Origin: the human T2T-CHM13v2.0 reference genome, Homo sapiens
NCBI GenBank assembly: GCA_009914755.4
Contig: CP086569.2
Span: 30,976,001 to 31,040,000, forward strand
Reading direction: 5' to 3'
Length of the DNA: 64,000 nucleotides
A program made the translations under genes and the position numbers. Below the pieces are notes generated by a model, which searched no databases, had not been told where the DNA came from, and was given only the letters and a program-made list of their open reading frames with translations. Positions 1-19,375 of the stretch are shown in pieces (position 1 is the first letter of the stretch; every line of letters starts with the position of its first letter).

Positions 1-21
1 TGGGATTACAGGCCTGAGCCA
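1..21 (-). mobile_element. Alu element, antisense; only its 5'-proximal tail falls in the window (unit 0)
   Basis: The 'tgggattacaggcctgagcca' at the window start matches the end of every later Alu copy (for example 2418-2438). Confidence 0.85.
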
Positions 22-2123
22 AGATCCATATTTTTTAAATGAAAAAAAATTTCAAAGGTACTCTGCTTGGTACAATAATCAAATGTATAAACTGAGGAAT
101 AAAACATAACCATGAAACCTACTTGTAACTGCATATGGAAATTACAGAGGATAATTTTTTAAATAACATATTTTGAAAGCCTTAACTAGTAATTTGAAGA
201 GTTGGCATTTGAAAGGCCAGTATGAATATACCTTCAAAGCAGCAACACAGGTTCCCCATGAGAAAAAGCAAACTCAGGGAAAATAAAACCACAAAGGTTC
301 AATCTCTTCTGACCTTTGAAAGACACAGCACAGACAGTGGTCCTTAGGACGAAGAGCAGGAGACCCCTAATTCCGTCACCATGGCGATAGGGCATAAACA
401 CTGCTGGGTGAGGGCACAATCCACATTGTGAGGTCCAACTGCTGCCAGGAAGACAGGAGTGCTTTTACATAGACCGAAAGGTCATTGAAGGCTCAGAGTT
501 TTGTTTCAAGAACTGAATCCCAAGCCCACACGTTATTAGGCTGCGCTTCTTAAAACAAGTTATGAGATGGGAAAAAGGGCACCCACAAACATACGTATAC
601 ATTATGTATATAATAATATACAGTATCATATATATAATATATATAACCTATGTATAATATTGTTTTACATCCTGCATCTTATATTATATATATTGTGTAA
701 AATATAATAATTGATAATATATAAGTTTTATATTTATACAATATGACATATAGTATATATTATAATTTATGACATATATAATATATGTTATATATCATAT
801 ATAGAATATATTATACGGTTAATATACGTATTAAATATAAATTATACATTATATATATTATATATAATATATCTGCTATATATAATACCCATTATGCATA
901 ATATATATATTATGTGTATGTTATGTATAGTATAAAACAACATATAATAATATATAATTGTATATATAAAATGCGACATATAATATATATTATATTTTAT
1001 GACATCTGTAATATATATTATATATTATATATAATACGTTGTATGTATAATACCTATATTAAATATATATTATATGACTATGTTATTAATTACATGTCAC
1101 ATATGTTATATATTATATATTTTACATAGAATATACCGATTACATACAATATATACTATGTTACCTATAATGTATAATTTATTACATGTAAAATAAAGAA
1201 TGCAATATATTATGTGTAATTTATAATATACAATATGTGGAATGTGATATATATAACATATAATATATGATATATGATATACAGTATATGATATATAACA
1301 TGCAATATATGATACCTAATATATATGGTATACAATATATATTTTATGATATGTATTCTATATGTTTTATATTCTGTTATATATAACTATTTGAAATTAT
1401 ATATAACTGTATAATATTTTATGTAAATATGTAATATAATATATATAACTATATAATATATTATATATAACTATATATTATGTTATATATACTTTTATAA
1501 CTTAATTTACATAAAATAACATATTATAATATATATTATATTACTTCACATTACATAATATATATTACATATCACCCAATATAAGTAACATACATATTAT
1601 AATATACATTATATTATGTTATATTAAATATCATATATATCATGTATCATATATTCTATAATATATATTATACATTATATAATATGCATGTTGTCTATTA
1701 TGTGATATATATAACTATATATATAATTATATTATTATACATATAACTAGATAAACATGTAATTCTACATATTTTCATTTATAATATATAGAATTACATA
1801 ATCATATATAATTATTTATATTCTATAAAAAATTATATCATCATATAAATTATAATATATAAAAATTATAATATGTACTACAAATATATATATTATATAT
1901 CATATATGATATAGTACCTTTGTTATATATCATAATACATATAAATGTGTATTATGTTATCTATAATTATATAATTTCGTATATAACATGTATAATATTT
2001 ATTATATATTATATATGTTATGTAATATATATAGTATATATAAGATGACACAGGATAAATATTATATACTATGACATATAAAATATATGAGGTTATATGT
2101 TACATATAAGGCATAGCACATAA

Positions 2124-2438
<315 letters not shown>

Positions 2439-3010
2439 AGATCCATATTTTTTAAATGAAAAAAAATTTCAAAGGTACTCTGCTTGGTACAATAATCAAA
2501 TGTATAAACTGAGGAATAAAACATAACCATGAAACCTACTTGTAACTGCATATGGAAAATACAGAGGATAATTTTTTAAATAACATATTTTGAAAGCCTT
2601 AACTAGTAATTTGAAGAGTTGGCATTTGAAAGGCCAGTATGAATATACCTTCAAAGCAGCAACACAGGTTCCCCATGAGAAAAAGCAAACTCAGGGAAAA
2701 TAAAACCACAAAGGTTCAATCTCTTCTGACCTTTGAAAGACACAGCACAGACAGTGGTCCTTAGGACGAAGAGCAGGAGACCCCTAATTCCGTCACCATG
2801 GCGATAGGGCATAAACACTGCTGGGTGAGGGCACAATCCACATTGTGAGGTCCAACTGCTGCCAGGAAGACAGGAGTGCTTTTACATAGACCGAAAGGTC
2901 ATTGAAGGCTCAGAGTTTTGTTTCAAGAACTGAATCCCAAGCCCACACGTTATTAGGCTGCGCTTCTTAAAACAAGTTATGAGATGGGAAAAAGGGCACC
3001 CACAAACATA
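2439..3010. other. Exemplar (unit 1) ordinary-composition segment of the repeat unit, about 570 bp. It has no recognisable gene content and hosts the recurrent 61-aa minus-strand ORF.
   Basis: It lies between the Alu and the A+T-rich block and runs from 'agatccatattttttaaatg...' to '...gggaaaaagggcacccacaaacatacg'. Composition is normal, with few CpGs and no CpG island. It is repeated once per unit (for example 22-592, 4858-5430). Confidence 0.6.
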
Positions 3011-4857
<1,847 letters not shown>

Positions 4858-6962
4858 AGATCCATATTTTTTAAATGAAAAAAAATTTCAAAGGTACTCT
4901 GCTTGGTACAATAATCAAATGTATAAACTGAGGAATAAAACATAACCATGAAACCTACTTGTAACTGCATATGGAAATTACAGAGGATAATTTTTTAAAT
5001 AACATATTTTGAAAGCCTTAACTAGTAATTTGAAGAGTTGGCATTTGAAAGGCCAGTATGAATATACCTTCAAAGCAGCAACACAGGTTCCCCATGAGAA
5101 AAAGCAAACTCAGGGAAAATAAAACCACAAAGGTTCAATCTCTTCTGACCTTTGAAAGACACAGCACAGACAGTGGTCCTTAGGACGAAGAGCAGGAGAC
5201 CCCTAATTCCGTCACCATGGCGATAGGGCATAAACACTGCTGGGTGAGGGCACAATCCACATTGTGAGGTCCAACTGCTGCCAGGAAGACAGGAGTGCTT
5301 TTACATAGACCGAAAGGTCATTGAAGGCTCAGAGTTTTGCTTCAAGAACTGAATCCCAAGCCCACACGTTATTAGGCTGCGCTTCTTAAAACAAGTTATG
5401 AGATGGGAAAAAGGGCACCCACAAACATACGTATACATTATGTATATAATAATATACAGTATCATATATATAATATATATAACCTATGTATAATATTGTT
5501 TTACATCCTGCATCTTATATTATATATATTGTGTAAAATATAATAATTGATAATATATAAGTTTTATATTTATACAATATGACATATAGTATATATTATA
5601 ATTTATGAGATATATAATATATGTTATATATCATATATAGAATATATTATACGGTTAATATACGTATTAAATATAAATTATACATTATATATATTATATA
5701 TAATATATCTGCTATATATAATACCCATTATGCATAATATATATATTATGTCTATGTTATGTATAGTATAAAACAACATATAATAATATATAATTGTATA
5801 TATAAAATGCGACATATAATATATATTATATTTTATGACATCTGTAATATATATTATATATTATATATAATACGTTGTATGTATAATACCTATATTAAAT
5901 ATATATTGTATGACTATGTTATTAATTACATGTCACATATGTTATATATTATATACTTTACATAGAATATACCGGTTACATACAATATATACTATGTTAC
6001 CTATAATGTATAATTTATTACATGTAAAATAATGAATGCAATATATTATGTGTAATTTATAATATACAATATGTGGAATGTGATATATATAACGTATAAT
6101 ATATGATATATGATATACAGTATATGATATATAACATACAATATATGATACCTAATATATATGGTATACAATATATATTTTATGATATGTATTCTATATG
6201 TTTTATATTCTGTTATATATAACTATTTGAAATTATATATAACTGTATAATATTTTATGTAAATATGTAATATAATATATATAACTATATAATATATTAT
6301 ATATAACTATATATTATGTTATATATACTTTTATAACTTAATTTACATAAAATATCATAGTATAATATATATTATATTACTTCATATTACATAATATATA
6401 TTACATATCACCCAATATAAGTAACATACATAATATTATAATATACATTATATTATGTTATATTAAATATCATATATATCATGTATCATATATTCTATAA
6501 TATATATTATACGTTATATAATATGCATGTTGTCTATTATGTGATATATATAACTATATATATAATTATATTATTATACATATAACTAGATAAACATGAA
6601 ATTCTACATATTTTCATTTATAATATATAGAATTATATAATCATATATAGTTATTTATATTCTATAAAATATTATAGCTTTATATAAATTATAATATATA
6701 AAAATTATAATATGTACTACAAATATATATATTGTATATCATATATGATATAGTACCTTTGTTATATATGATAATACATATAAATGTGTATTATGTTATC
6801 TATAATTATATAATTTCATATATAAGATGTATAATATTTATTATATATTATATATGTTATGTAATATATATAGTATATATAAGATGACACAGGATAAATA
6901 TTATATACTATGACATATAAAATATATGAGGTTATATGTTACATATAAGGCATAGCACATAA

Positions 6963-7277
<315 letters not shown>

Positions 7278-9380
7278 AGATCCATATTTTTTAAATGAAA
7301 AAAAATTTCAAAGGTACTCTGCTTGGTACAATAATCAAATGTATAAACTGAGGAATAAAACATAACCATGAAACCTACTTATAACTGCATATGGAAATTA
7401 CAGAGGATAATTTTTTAAATAACATATTTTGAAAGCCTTAACTAGTAATTTGAAGAGTTGGCATTTGAAAGGCCAGTATGAATATACCTTCAAAGCAGCA
7501 ACACAGGTTCCCCATGAGAAAAAGCAAACTCAGGGAAAATAAAACCACAAAGGTTCAATCTCTTCTGACCTTTGAAAGACACAGCACAGACAGTGGTCCT
7601 TAGGACGAAGAGCAGGAGACCCCTAATTCCGTCACCATGGCGATAGGGCATAAACACTGCTGGGTGAGGGCACAATCCACATTGTGAGGTCCAACTGCTG
7701 CCAGGAAGACAGGAGTGCTTTTACATAGACCGAAAGGTCATTGAAGGCTCAGAGTTTTGTTTCAAGAACTGAATCCCAAGCCCACACGTTATTAGGCTGC
7801 GCTTCTTAAAACAAGTTATGAGATGGGAAAAAGGGCACCCACAAACATACGTATACATTATGTATATAATAATATACAGTATCATATATATAATATATAT
7901 AACCTATGTATAATATTGTTTTACATCCTGCATCTTATATTATATATATTGTGTAAAATACAATAATTGATAATACATAAGTTTTATATTTATACAATAT
8001 GACATATAGTATATATTATAATTTATGACATATATAATATATGTTATATATCATATATAGAATATATTATACGGTTAATATACGTATTAAATATAAATTA
8101 TACATTATATATATTATATATAATATATCTGCTATATATAATACACATTATGCATAATATATATATTATGTCTATGTTATGTATAGTATAAAACAACGTA
8201 TAATAATATATAATTGTATATATAAAATGCGACATATAATATATATTATATTTTATGACATCTGTAATATATATTATATATTATATATAATACGTTGTAT
8301 GTATAATACCTATATTAAATATATATTATATGACTATGTTATTAATTACATGTCACATATGTTATATATTATATATTTTACATAGAATATACCGGTTACA
8401 TACAATATATACTATGTTACCTATAATGTATAATATATTACATGTAAAATAAAGAATGCAATATATTATGTGTAATTTATAATATACAATATGTGGAATG
8501 TGATATATATAACGTATAATATATGATATATGATATACAGTATATGATATATAACATACAATATATGATACATAATATATATGGTATACAATATATATTT
8601 TAGGATATGTATTCTATATGTTTTATATTCTGTTATATATAACTATTTGAAATTATATATAACTGTATAATATTTTATGTAAATATGTAATATAATATAT
8701 ATAACTATGTAATATATTATATATAACTATATATTATGTTATATATACTTTTATAACTTAATTTACATAAAATATCATAGTATAATATATATTATATTAC
8801 TTCATATTACATAATATATATTACATATCACCCAATATAAGTAACATACATAATATTATAATATACATTATATTATGTTATATTAAATATCATATATATC
8901 ATGTATCATATATTCTATAATATATATTATACGTTATATAATATGCATGTTGTCTATTATGTGATATATATAACTATATATATAATTATATTATTATACA
9001 TATATCTAGATAAACATGTAATTCTACATATTTTCATTTATAATATATAGAATTACATAATCATATATAATTATTTATATTCTATAAAAAATTATATCAT
9101 TATATAAATTATAATATATAAAAATTATAATATGTGCTACAAATATATATATTATATATCATATATGATATAGTACCTTTGTTATATATGATAATACATA
9201 TAAATGTGTATTATGTTATCTATAATTATATAATTTCATATATAAGATGTATAATATTTATTATATATTATATATGTTATGTAATATATAGTATATATAA
9301 GATGACACAGGATAAATATTATATACTATGACATATAAAATATATGAGGTTATATGTTACATATAAGGCATAGCACATAA

Positions 9381-9695
<315 letters not shown>

Positions 9696-11800
9696 AGATC
9701 CATATTTTTTAAATGAAAAAAAATTTCAAAGGTACTCTGCTTGGTACAATAATCAAATGTATAAACTGAGGAATAAAACATAACCATGAAACCTACTTAT
9801 AACTGCATATGGAAATTACAGAGGATAATTTTTTAAATAACATATTTTGAAAGCCTTAACTAGTAATTTGAAGAGTTGGCATTTGAAAGGCCAGTATGAA
9901 TATACCTTCAAAGCAGCAACACAGGTTCCCCATGAGAAAAAGCAAACTCAGGGAAAATAAAACCACAAAGGTTCAATCTCTTCTGACCTTTGAAAGACAC
10001 AGCACAGACAGTGGTCCTTAGGACGAAGAGCAGGAGACCCCTAATTCCGTCACCATGGCGATAGGGCATAAACACTGCTGGGTGAGGGCACAATCCACAT
10101 TGTGAGGTCCAACTGCTGCCAGGAAGACAGGAGTGCTTTTACATAGACCGAAAGGTCATTGAAGGCTCAGAGTTTTGTTTCAAGAACTGAATCCCAAGCC
10201 CACACGTTATTAGGCTGCGCTTCTTAAAACAAGTTATGAGATGGGAAAAAGGGCACCCACAAACATACGTATACATTATGTATATAATAATATACAGTAT
10301 CATATATATAATATATATAACCTATGTATAATATTGTTTTACATCCTGCATCTTATATTATATATATTGTGTAAAATATAATAATTGATAATATATAAGT
10401 TTTATATTTATACAATATGACATATAGTATATATTATAATTTATGAGATATATAATATATGTTATATATCATATATAGAATATATTATACGGTTAATATA
10501 CGTATTAAATATAAATTATACATTATATATATTATATATAATATATCTGCTATATATAATACCCATTATGCATAATATATATATTATGTCTATGTTATGT
10601 ATAGTATAAAACAACATATAATAATATATAATTGTATATATAAAATGCGACATATAATATATATTATATTTTATGACATCTGTAATATATATTATATATT
10701 ATATATAATACGTTGTATGTATAATACCTATATTAAATATATATTGTATGACTATGTTATTAATTACATGTCACATATGTTATATATTATATACTTTACA
10801 TAGAATATACCGGTTACATACAATATATACTATGTTACCTATAATGTATAATTTATTACATGTAAAATAATGAATGCAATATATTATGTGTAATTTATAA
10901 TATACAATATGTGGAATGTGATATATATAACGTATAATATATGATATATGATATACAGTATATGATATATAACATACAATATATGATACCTAATATATAT
11001 GGTATACAATATATATTTTATGATATGTATTCTATATGTTTTATATTCTGTTATATATAACTATTTGAAATTATATATAACTGTATAATATTTTATGTAA
11101 ATATGTAATATAATATATATAACTATATAATATATTATATATAACTATATATTATGTTATATATACTTTTATAACTTAATTTACATAAAATATCATAGTA
11201 TAATATATATTATATTACTTCATATTACATAATATATATTACATATCACCCAATATAAGTAACATACATAATATTATAATATACATTATATTATGTTATA
11301 TTAAATATCATATATATCATGTATCATATATTCTATAATATATATTATACGTTATATAATATGCATGTTGTCTATTATGTGATATATATAACTATATATA
11401 TAATTATATTATTATACATATAACTAGATAAACATGAAATTCTACATATTTTCATTTATAATATATAGAATTATATAATCATATATAGTTATTTATATTC
11501 TATAAAATATTATAGCTTTATATAAATTATAATATATAAAAATTATAATATGTACTACAAATATATATATTGTATATCATATATGATATAGTACCTTTGT
11601 TATATATGATAATACATATAAATGTGTATTATGTTATCTATAATTATATAATTTCATATATGAGATGTATAATATTTATTATATATTATATATGTTATGT
11701 AATATATATAGTATATATAAGATGACACAGGATAAATATTATATACTATGACATATAAAATATATGAGGTTATATGTTACATATAAGGCATAGCACATAA

Positions 11801-12115
<315 letters not shown>

Positions 12116-14220
12116 AGATCCATATTTTTTAAATGAAAAAAAATTTCAAAGGTACTCTGCTTGGTACAATAATCAAATGTATAAACTGAGGAATAAAACA
12201 TAACCATGAAACCTACTTGTAACTGCATATGGAAATTACAGAGGATAATTTTTTAAATAACATATTTTGAAAGCCTTAACTAGTAATTTGAAGAGTTGGC
12301 ATTTGAAAGGCCAGTATGAATATACCTTCAAAGCAGCAACACAGGTTCCCCATGAGAAAAAGCAAACTCAGGGAAAATAAAACCACAAAGGTTCAATCTC
12401 TTCTGACCTTTGAAAGACACAGCACCGACAGTGGTCCTTAGGACGAAGAGCAGGAGACCCCTAATTCCGTCACCATGGCGATAGGGCATAAACACTGCTG
12501 GGTGAGGGCACAATCCACATTGTGAGGTCCAACTGCTGCCAGGAAGACAGGAGTGCTTTTACATAGACCGAAAGGTCATTGAAGGCTCAGAGTTTTGTTT
12601 CAAGAACTGAATCCCAAGCCCACACGTTATTAGGCTGCGCTTCTTAAAACAAGTTATGAGATGGGAAAAAGGGCACCCACAAACATACGTATACATTATG
12701 TATATAATAATATACAGTATCATATATATAATATATATAACCTATGTATAATATTGTTTTACATCCTGCATCTTATATTATATATATTGTGTAAAATATA
12801 ATAATTGATAATATATAAGTTTTATATTTATACAATATGACATATAGTATATATTATAATTTATGAGATATATAATATATGTTATATATCATATATAGAA
12901 TATATTATACGGTTAATATACGTATTAAATATAAATTAGACATTATATATATTATATATAATATATCTGCTATATATAATACCCATTATGCTTAATATAT
13001 ATATTATGTCTATGTTATGTATAGTATAAAACAACATATAATAATATATAATTGTATATATAAAATGCGACATATAATATATATTATATTTTATGACATC
13101 TGTAATATATATTATATATTATATATAATACGTTGTATGTATAATACCTATATTAAATATATATTGTATGACTATGTTATTAATTACATGTCACATATGT
13201 TATATATTATATACTTTACATAGAATATACCGGTTACATACAATATATACTATGTTACCTATAATGTATAATTTATTACATGTAAAATAATGAATGCAAT
13301 ATATTATGTGTAATTTATAATATACAATATGTGGAATGTGATATATATAACGTATAATATATGATATATGATATACAGTATATGATATATAACATACAAT
13401 ATATGATACCTAATATATATGGTATACAATATATATTTTATGATATGTATTCTATATGTTTTATATTCTGTTATATATAACTATTTGAAATTATATATAA
13501 CTGTATAATATTTTATGTAAATATGTAATATAATATATATAACTATATAATATATTATATATAACTATATATTATGTTATATATACTTTTATAACTTAAT
13601 TTACATAAAATATCATAGTATAATATATATTATATTACTTCATATTACATAATATATATTACATATCACCCAATATAAGTAACATACATAATATTATAAT
13701 ATACATTATATTATGTTATATTAAATATCATATATATCATGTATCATATATTCTATAATATATATTATACGTTATATAATATGCATGTTGTCTATTATGT
13801 GATATATATAACTATATATATAATTATATTATTATACATATAACTAGATAAACATGAAATTCTACATATTTTCATTTATAATATATAGAATTATATAATC
13901 ATATATAGTTATTTATATTCTATAAAATATTATAGCTTTATATAAATTATAATATATAAAAATTATAATATGTACTACAAATATATATATTGTATATCAT
14001 ATATGATATAGTACCTTTGTTATATATGATAATACATATAAATGTGTATTATGTTATCTATAATTATATAATTTCATATATAAGATGTATAATATTTATT
14101 ATATATTATATATGTTATGTAATATATATAGTATATATAAGATGACACAGGATAAATATTATATACTATGACATATAAAATATATGAGGTTATATGTTAC
14201 ATATAAGGCATAGCACATAA

Positions 14221-14535
<315 letters not shown>

Positions 14536-16640
14536 AGATCCATATTTTTTAAATGAAAAACAATTTCAAAGGTACTCTGCTTGGTACAATAATCAAATGT
14601 ATAAACTGAGGAATAAAACATAACCATGAAACCTACTTATAACTGCATATGGAAAATACAGAGGATAATTTTTTAAATCACATATTTTGAAAGCCTTAAC
14701 TAGTAATTTGAAGAGTTGGCATTTGAAAGGCCAGTATGAATATACCTTCAAAGCAGCAACACAGGTTCCCCATGAGAAAAAGCAAACTCAGGGAAAATAA
14801 AACCACAAAGGTTCAATCTCTTCTGACCTTTGAAAGACACAGCACAGACAGTGGTCCTTAGGACGAAGAGCAGGAGACCCCTAATTCCGTCACCATGGCG
14901 ATAGGGCATAAACACTGCTGGGTGAGGGCACAAGCCACATTGTGAGGTCCAACTGCTGCCAGGAAGACAGGAGTGCTTTTACATAGACCGAAAGGTCATT
15001 GAAGGCTCAGAGTTTTGTTTCAAGAACTGAATCCCAAGCCCACACGTTATTAGGCTGCGCTTCTTAAAACAAGTTATGAGATGGGAAAAAGGGCACCCAC
15101 AAACATACGTATACATTATGTATATAATAATATACAGTATCATATATATAATATATATAACCTATGTATAATATTGTTTTACATCCTGCATCTTATATTA
15201 TATATATTGTGTAAAATATAATAATTGATAATATATAAGTTTTATATTTATACAATATGACATATAGTATATATTATAATTTATGACATATATAATATAT
15301 GTTATATATCATATATAGAATATATTATACGGTTAATATACGTATTAAATATAAATTATACATTATATATATTATATATAATATATCTGCTATATATAAT
15401 ACCCATTATGCATAATATATATATTATGTCTATGTTATGTATAGTATAAAACAACATATAATAATATATAATTGTATATATAAAATGCGACATATAATAT
15501 ATATTATATTTTATGACATCTGTAATATATATTATATATTATATATAATACGTTGTATGTATAATACCTATATTAAATATATATTATATGACTATGTTAT
15601 TAATTACATGTCACATATGTTATATATTATATATTTTACATAGAATATACCGGTTACATACAATATATACTATGTTACCTATAATGTATAATTTATTACA
15701 TGTAAAATAAAGAATGCAATATATTATGTGTAATTTATAATATACAATATGTGGAATGTGATATATATAACATATAATATATGATATATGATATACAGTA
15801 TATGATATATAACATACAATATATGATACCTAATATATATGGTATACAATATATATTTTATGATATGTATTCTATATGTTTTATATTCTGTTATATATAA
15901 CTGTTTGAAATTATATATAACTGTATAATATTTTATGTAAATATGTAATATAATATATATAACTATATAATATATTATATATAACTATATATTATGTTAT
16001 ATATACTTTTATAACTTAATTTACATAAAATATCATAGTATAATATATATTATATTACTTCATATTACATAATATGTATTACATATCACCCAATATAAGT
16101 AACATACATAATATTATAATATACATTATATTATGTTATATTAAATATCATATATATCATGTATCATATATTCTATAATATATATTATACATTATATAAT
16201 ATGCATGTTGTCTATTATGTGATATATATAACTATATATATAATTATATTATTATACATATATCTAGATAAACATGTAATTCTACATATTTTCATTTATA
16301 ATATATAGAATTACATAATCATATATATTTATTTATATTCTATAAAAAATTATATCATTATATAAATTATAATATATAAAAATTATAATATGTACTACAA
16401 ATATATATATTATATATCATCTATGATATAGTACCTTTGTTATATATCATAATACATATAAATGTGTATTATGTTATCTATAATTATATAATTTCATGTA
16501 TAAGATGTATAATATTTATTATATATTATATATGTTATGTAATATATATAGTATATATAAGATGACACAGGATAAATATTATATACTATGACATATAAAA
16601 TATATGAGGTTATATGTTACATATAAGGCATAGCACATAA

Positions 16641-16955
<315 letters not shown>

Positions 16956-19083
16956 AGATCCATATTTTTTAAATGAAAAACAATTTCAAAGGTACTCTGC
17001 TTGGTACAATAATCAAATGTATAAACTGAGGAATAAAACATAACCATGAAACCTACTTATAACTGCATATGGAAAATACAGAGGATAATTTTTTAAATAA
17101 CATATTTTGAAAGCCTTAACTAGTAATTTGAAGAGTTGGCATTTGAAAGGCCAGTATGAATATACCTTCAAAGCAGCAACACAGGTTCCCCATGAGAAAA
17201 AGCAAACTCAGGGAAAATAAAACCACAAAGGTCCAATCTCTTCTGACCTTTGAAAGACACAGCACAGACAGTGGTCCTTAGGACGAAGAGCAGGAGACCC
17301 CTAATTCCGTCACCATGGCGATAGGGCATAAACACTGCTGGGTGAGGGCACAATCCACATTGTGAGGTCCAACTGCTGCCAGGAAGACAGGAGTGCTTTT
17401 ACATAGACCGAAAGGTCATTGAAGGCTCAGAGTTTTGTTTCAAGAACTGAATCCCAAGCCCACACGTTATTAGGCTGCGCTTCTTAAAACAAGTTATGAG
17501 ATGGGAAAAAGGGCACCCACAAACATACGTATACATTATGTATATAATAATATACAGTATCATATATATAATATATATAACCTATGTATAATATTGTTTT
17601 ACATCCTGCATCTTATATTATATATATTGTGTAAAATATAATAATTGATAATATATAAGTTTTATATTTATACAATATGACATATAGTATATATTATAAT
17701 TTATGACATATATAATATATGTTATATATCATATATAGAATATATTATACGGTTAATATACGTATTAAATATAAATTATACATTATATATATTATATATA
17801 ATATATCTGCTATATATAATACCCATTATGCATAATATATATATTATGTCTATGTTATGTATAGTATAAAACAACATATAATAATATATAATTGTATATA
17901 TAAAATGCGACATATAATATATATTATATTTTATGACATCTGTAATATATATTATATATTATACATAATACGTTGTATGTATAATACCTATATTAAATAT
18001 ATATTATATGACTATGTTATTAATTACATGTCACATATGTTATATATTATATATTTTACATAGAATATACCGGTTACATACAATATATACTATGTTACCT
18101 ATAATGTATAATTTATTACATGCAAAATTAGGAATGCAATATATTATGTGTAATTTATAATATACAATATGTGGAATGTGATATATATAACATATAATAT
18201 ATGATACATGATATACAGTATATGATATATAACATACAATATATGATACCTAATATATATGGTATACAATATATATTTAATGATATGTATTCTATATGTT
18301 TTATATTCTGTTATATATAACTATTTGAAATTATATATAACTGTATAATATTTTATGTAAATATGTAATATAATATATATAACTATATAATATATTATAT
18401 ATAACTATATATTATGTTATATATACTTTTATAACTTAATTTACATAAAATATCATAGTATAATATATATTATATTACTTCATATTACATAATATATATT
18501 ACATATCACCCAATATAAGTAACATACATAATATTATAATATACATTATATTATGTTATATTAAATATCATATATATCATGTATCATATATTCTATAATA
18601 TACATTATACATTATATAATATGCATGTTGTCTATTATGTGATATATATAACTATATATATAATTATATTATTATACATATATCTAGATAAACATGTAAT
18701 TCTACATATTTTCATTTATAATATATAGAATTACATAATCATATATAATTATTTATATTCTATAAAAAATTATATCATTATATAAATTATAATATATAAA
18801 AATTATAATATGTACTACAAATATATATATTATATATCATATATGATATAGTACCTTTGTTATATATGATAATACATATAAATGTGTATTATGTTATCTA
18901 TAATTATATAATTTCATATATAAGATGTATAATATTTATTATATATTATATATGTTATGTAATATATATAGTATATATAAGATGACACAGGATAAATATT
19001 ATATACTATGACATATAAAATATATGAGGTTATATGTTACATATAAGGCATAGCACATAACATGTAATATATATCATCTATAA

Positions 19084-19375
<292 letters not shown>

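Noticed and set aside
234-419. 61-aa minus-strand ORF family (MCPHPAVFMPYRHGDGIRGLLLFVLRTTVCAVSFKGQKRLNLCGFIFPEFAFSHGEPVLLL) as a multicopy gene
   Set aside because: It starts at TTG, has no domain I recognise, and shows predominantly amino-acid-changing differences between copies. One copy (24373-24606) has a stop-loss read-through. This is consistent with neutral sequence. I kept it as a low-interest finding for an RNA-level test only.
914-1129. Family of + strand 65-74-aa ORFs (MYSIKQHIIIYNCIYKMRHIIYIIFYDICNIYY...) recurring once per unit (3340, 5759, 8179 ... 63787)
   Set aside because: They lie wholly in the TA-rich low-complexity block. The peptides are almost entirely Tyr/Ile/Asn/Met/Cys, from TAT, ATA, AAT, ATG and TGT codons. 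This is the expected artefact of translating (TA)n-like DNA. They recur only because the DNA is tandemly repeated. Length differences (65 against 68 aa) come from a single variant site ('agtttacatag').
1893-1910. 18-bp perfect palindrome 'tatatcatatatgatata', repeated in each unit, as a specific protein-binding or recombination site
   Set aside because: Short perfect palindromes are expected by chance in TA-dinucleotide-rich DNA. There is no flanking context or known motif to support a specific site. It is folded into the general A+T-block finding.
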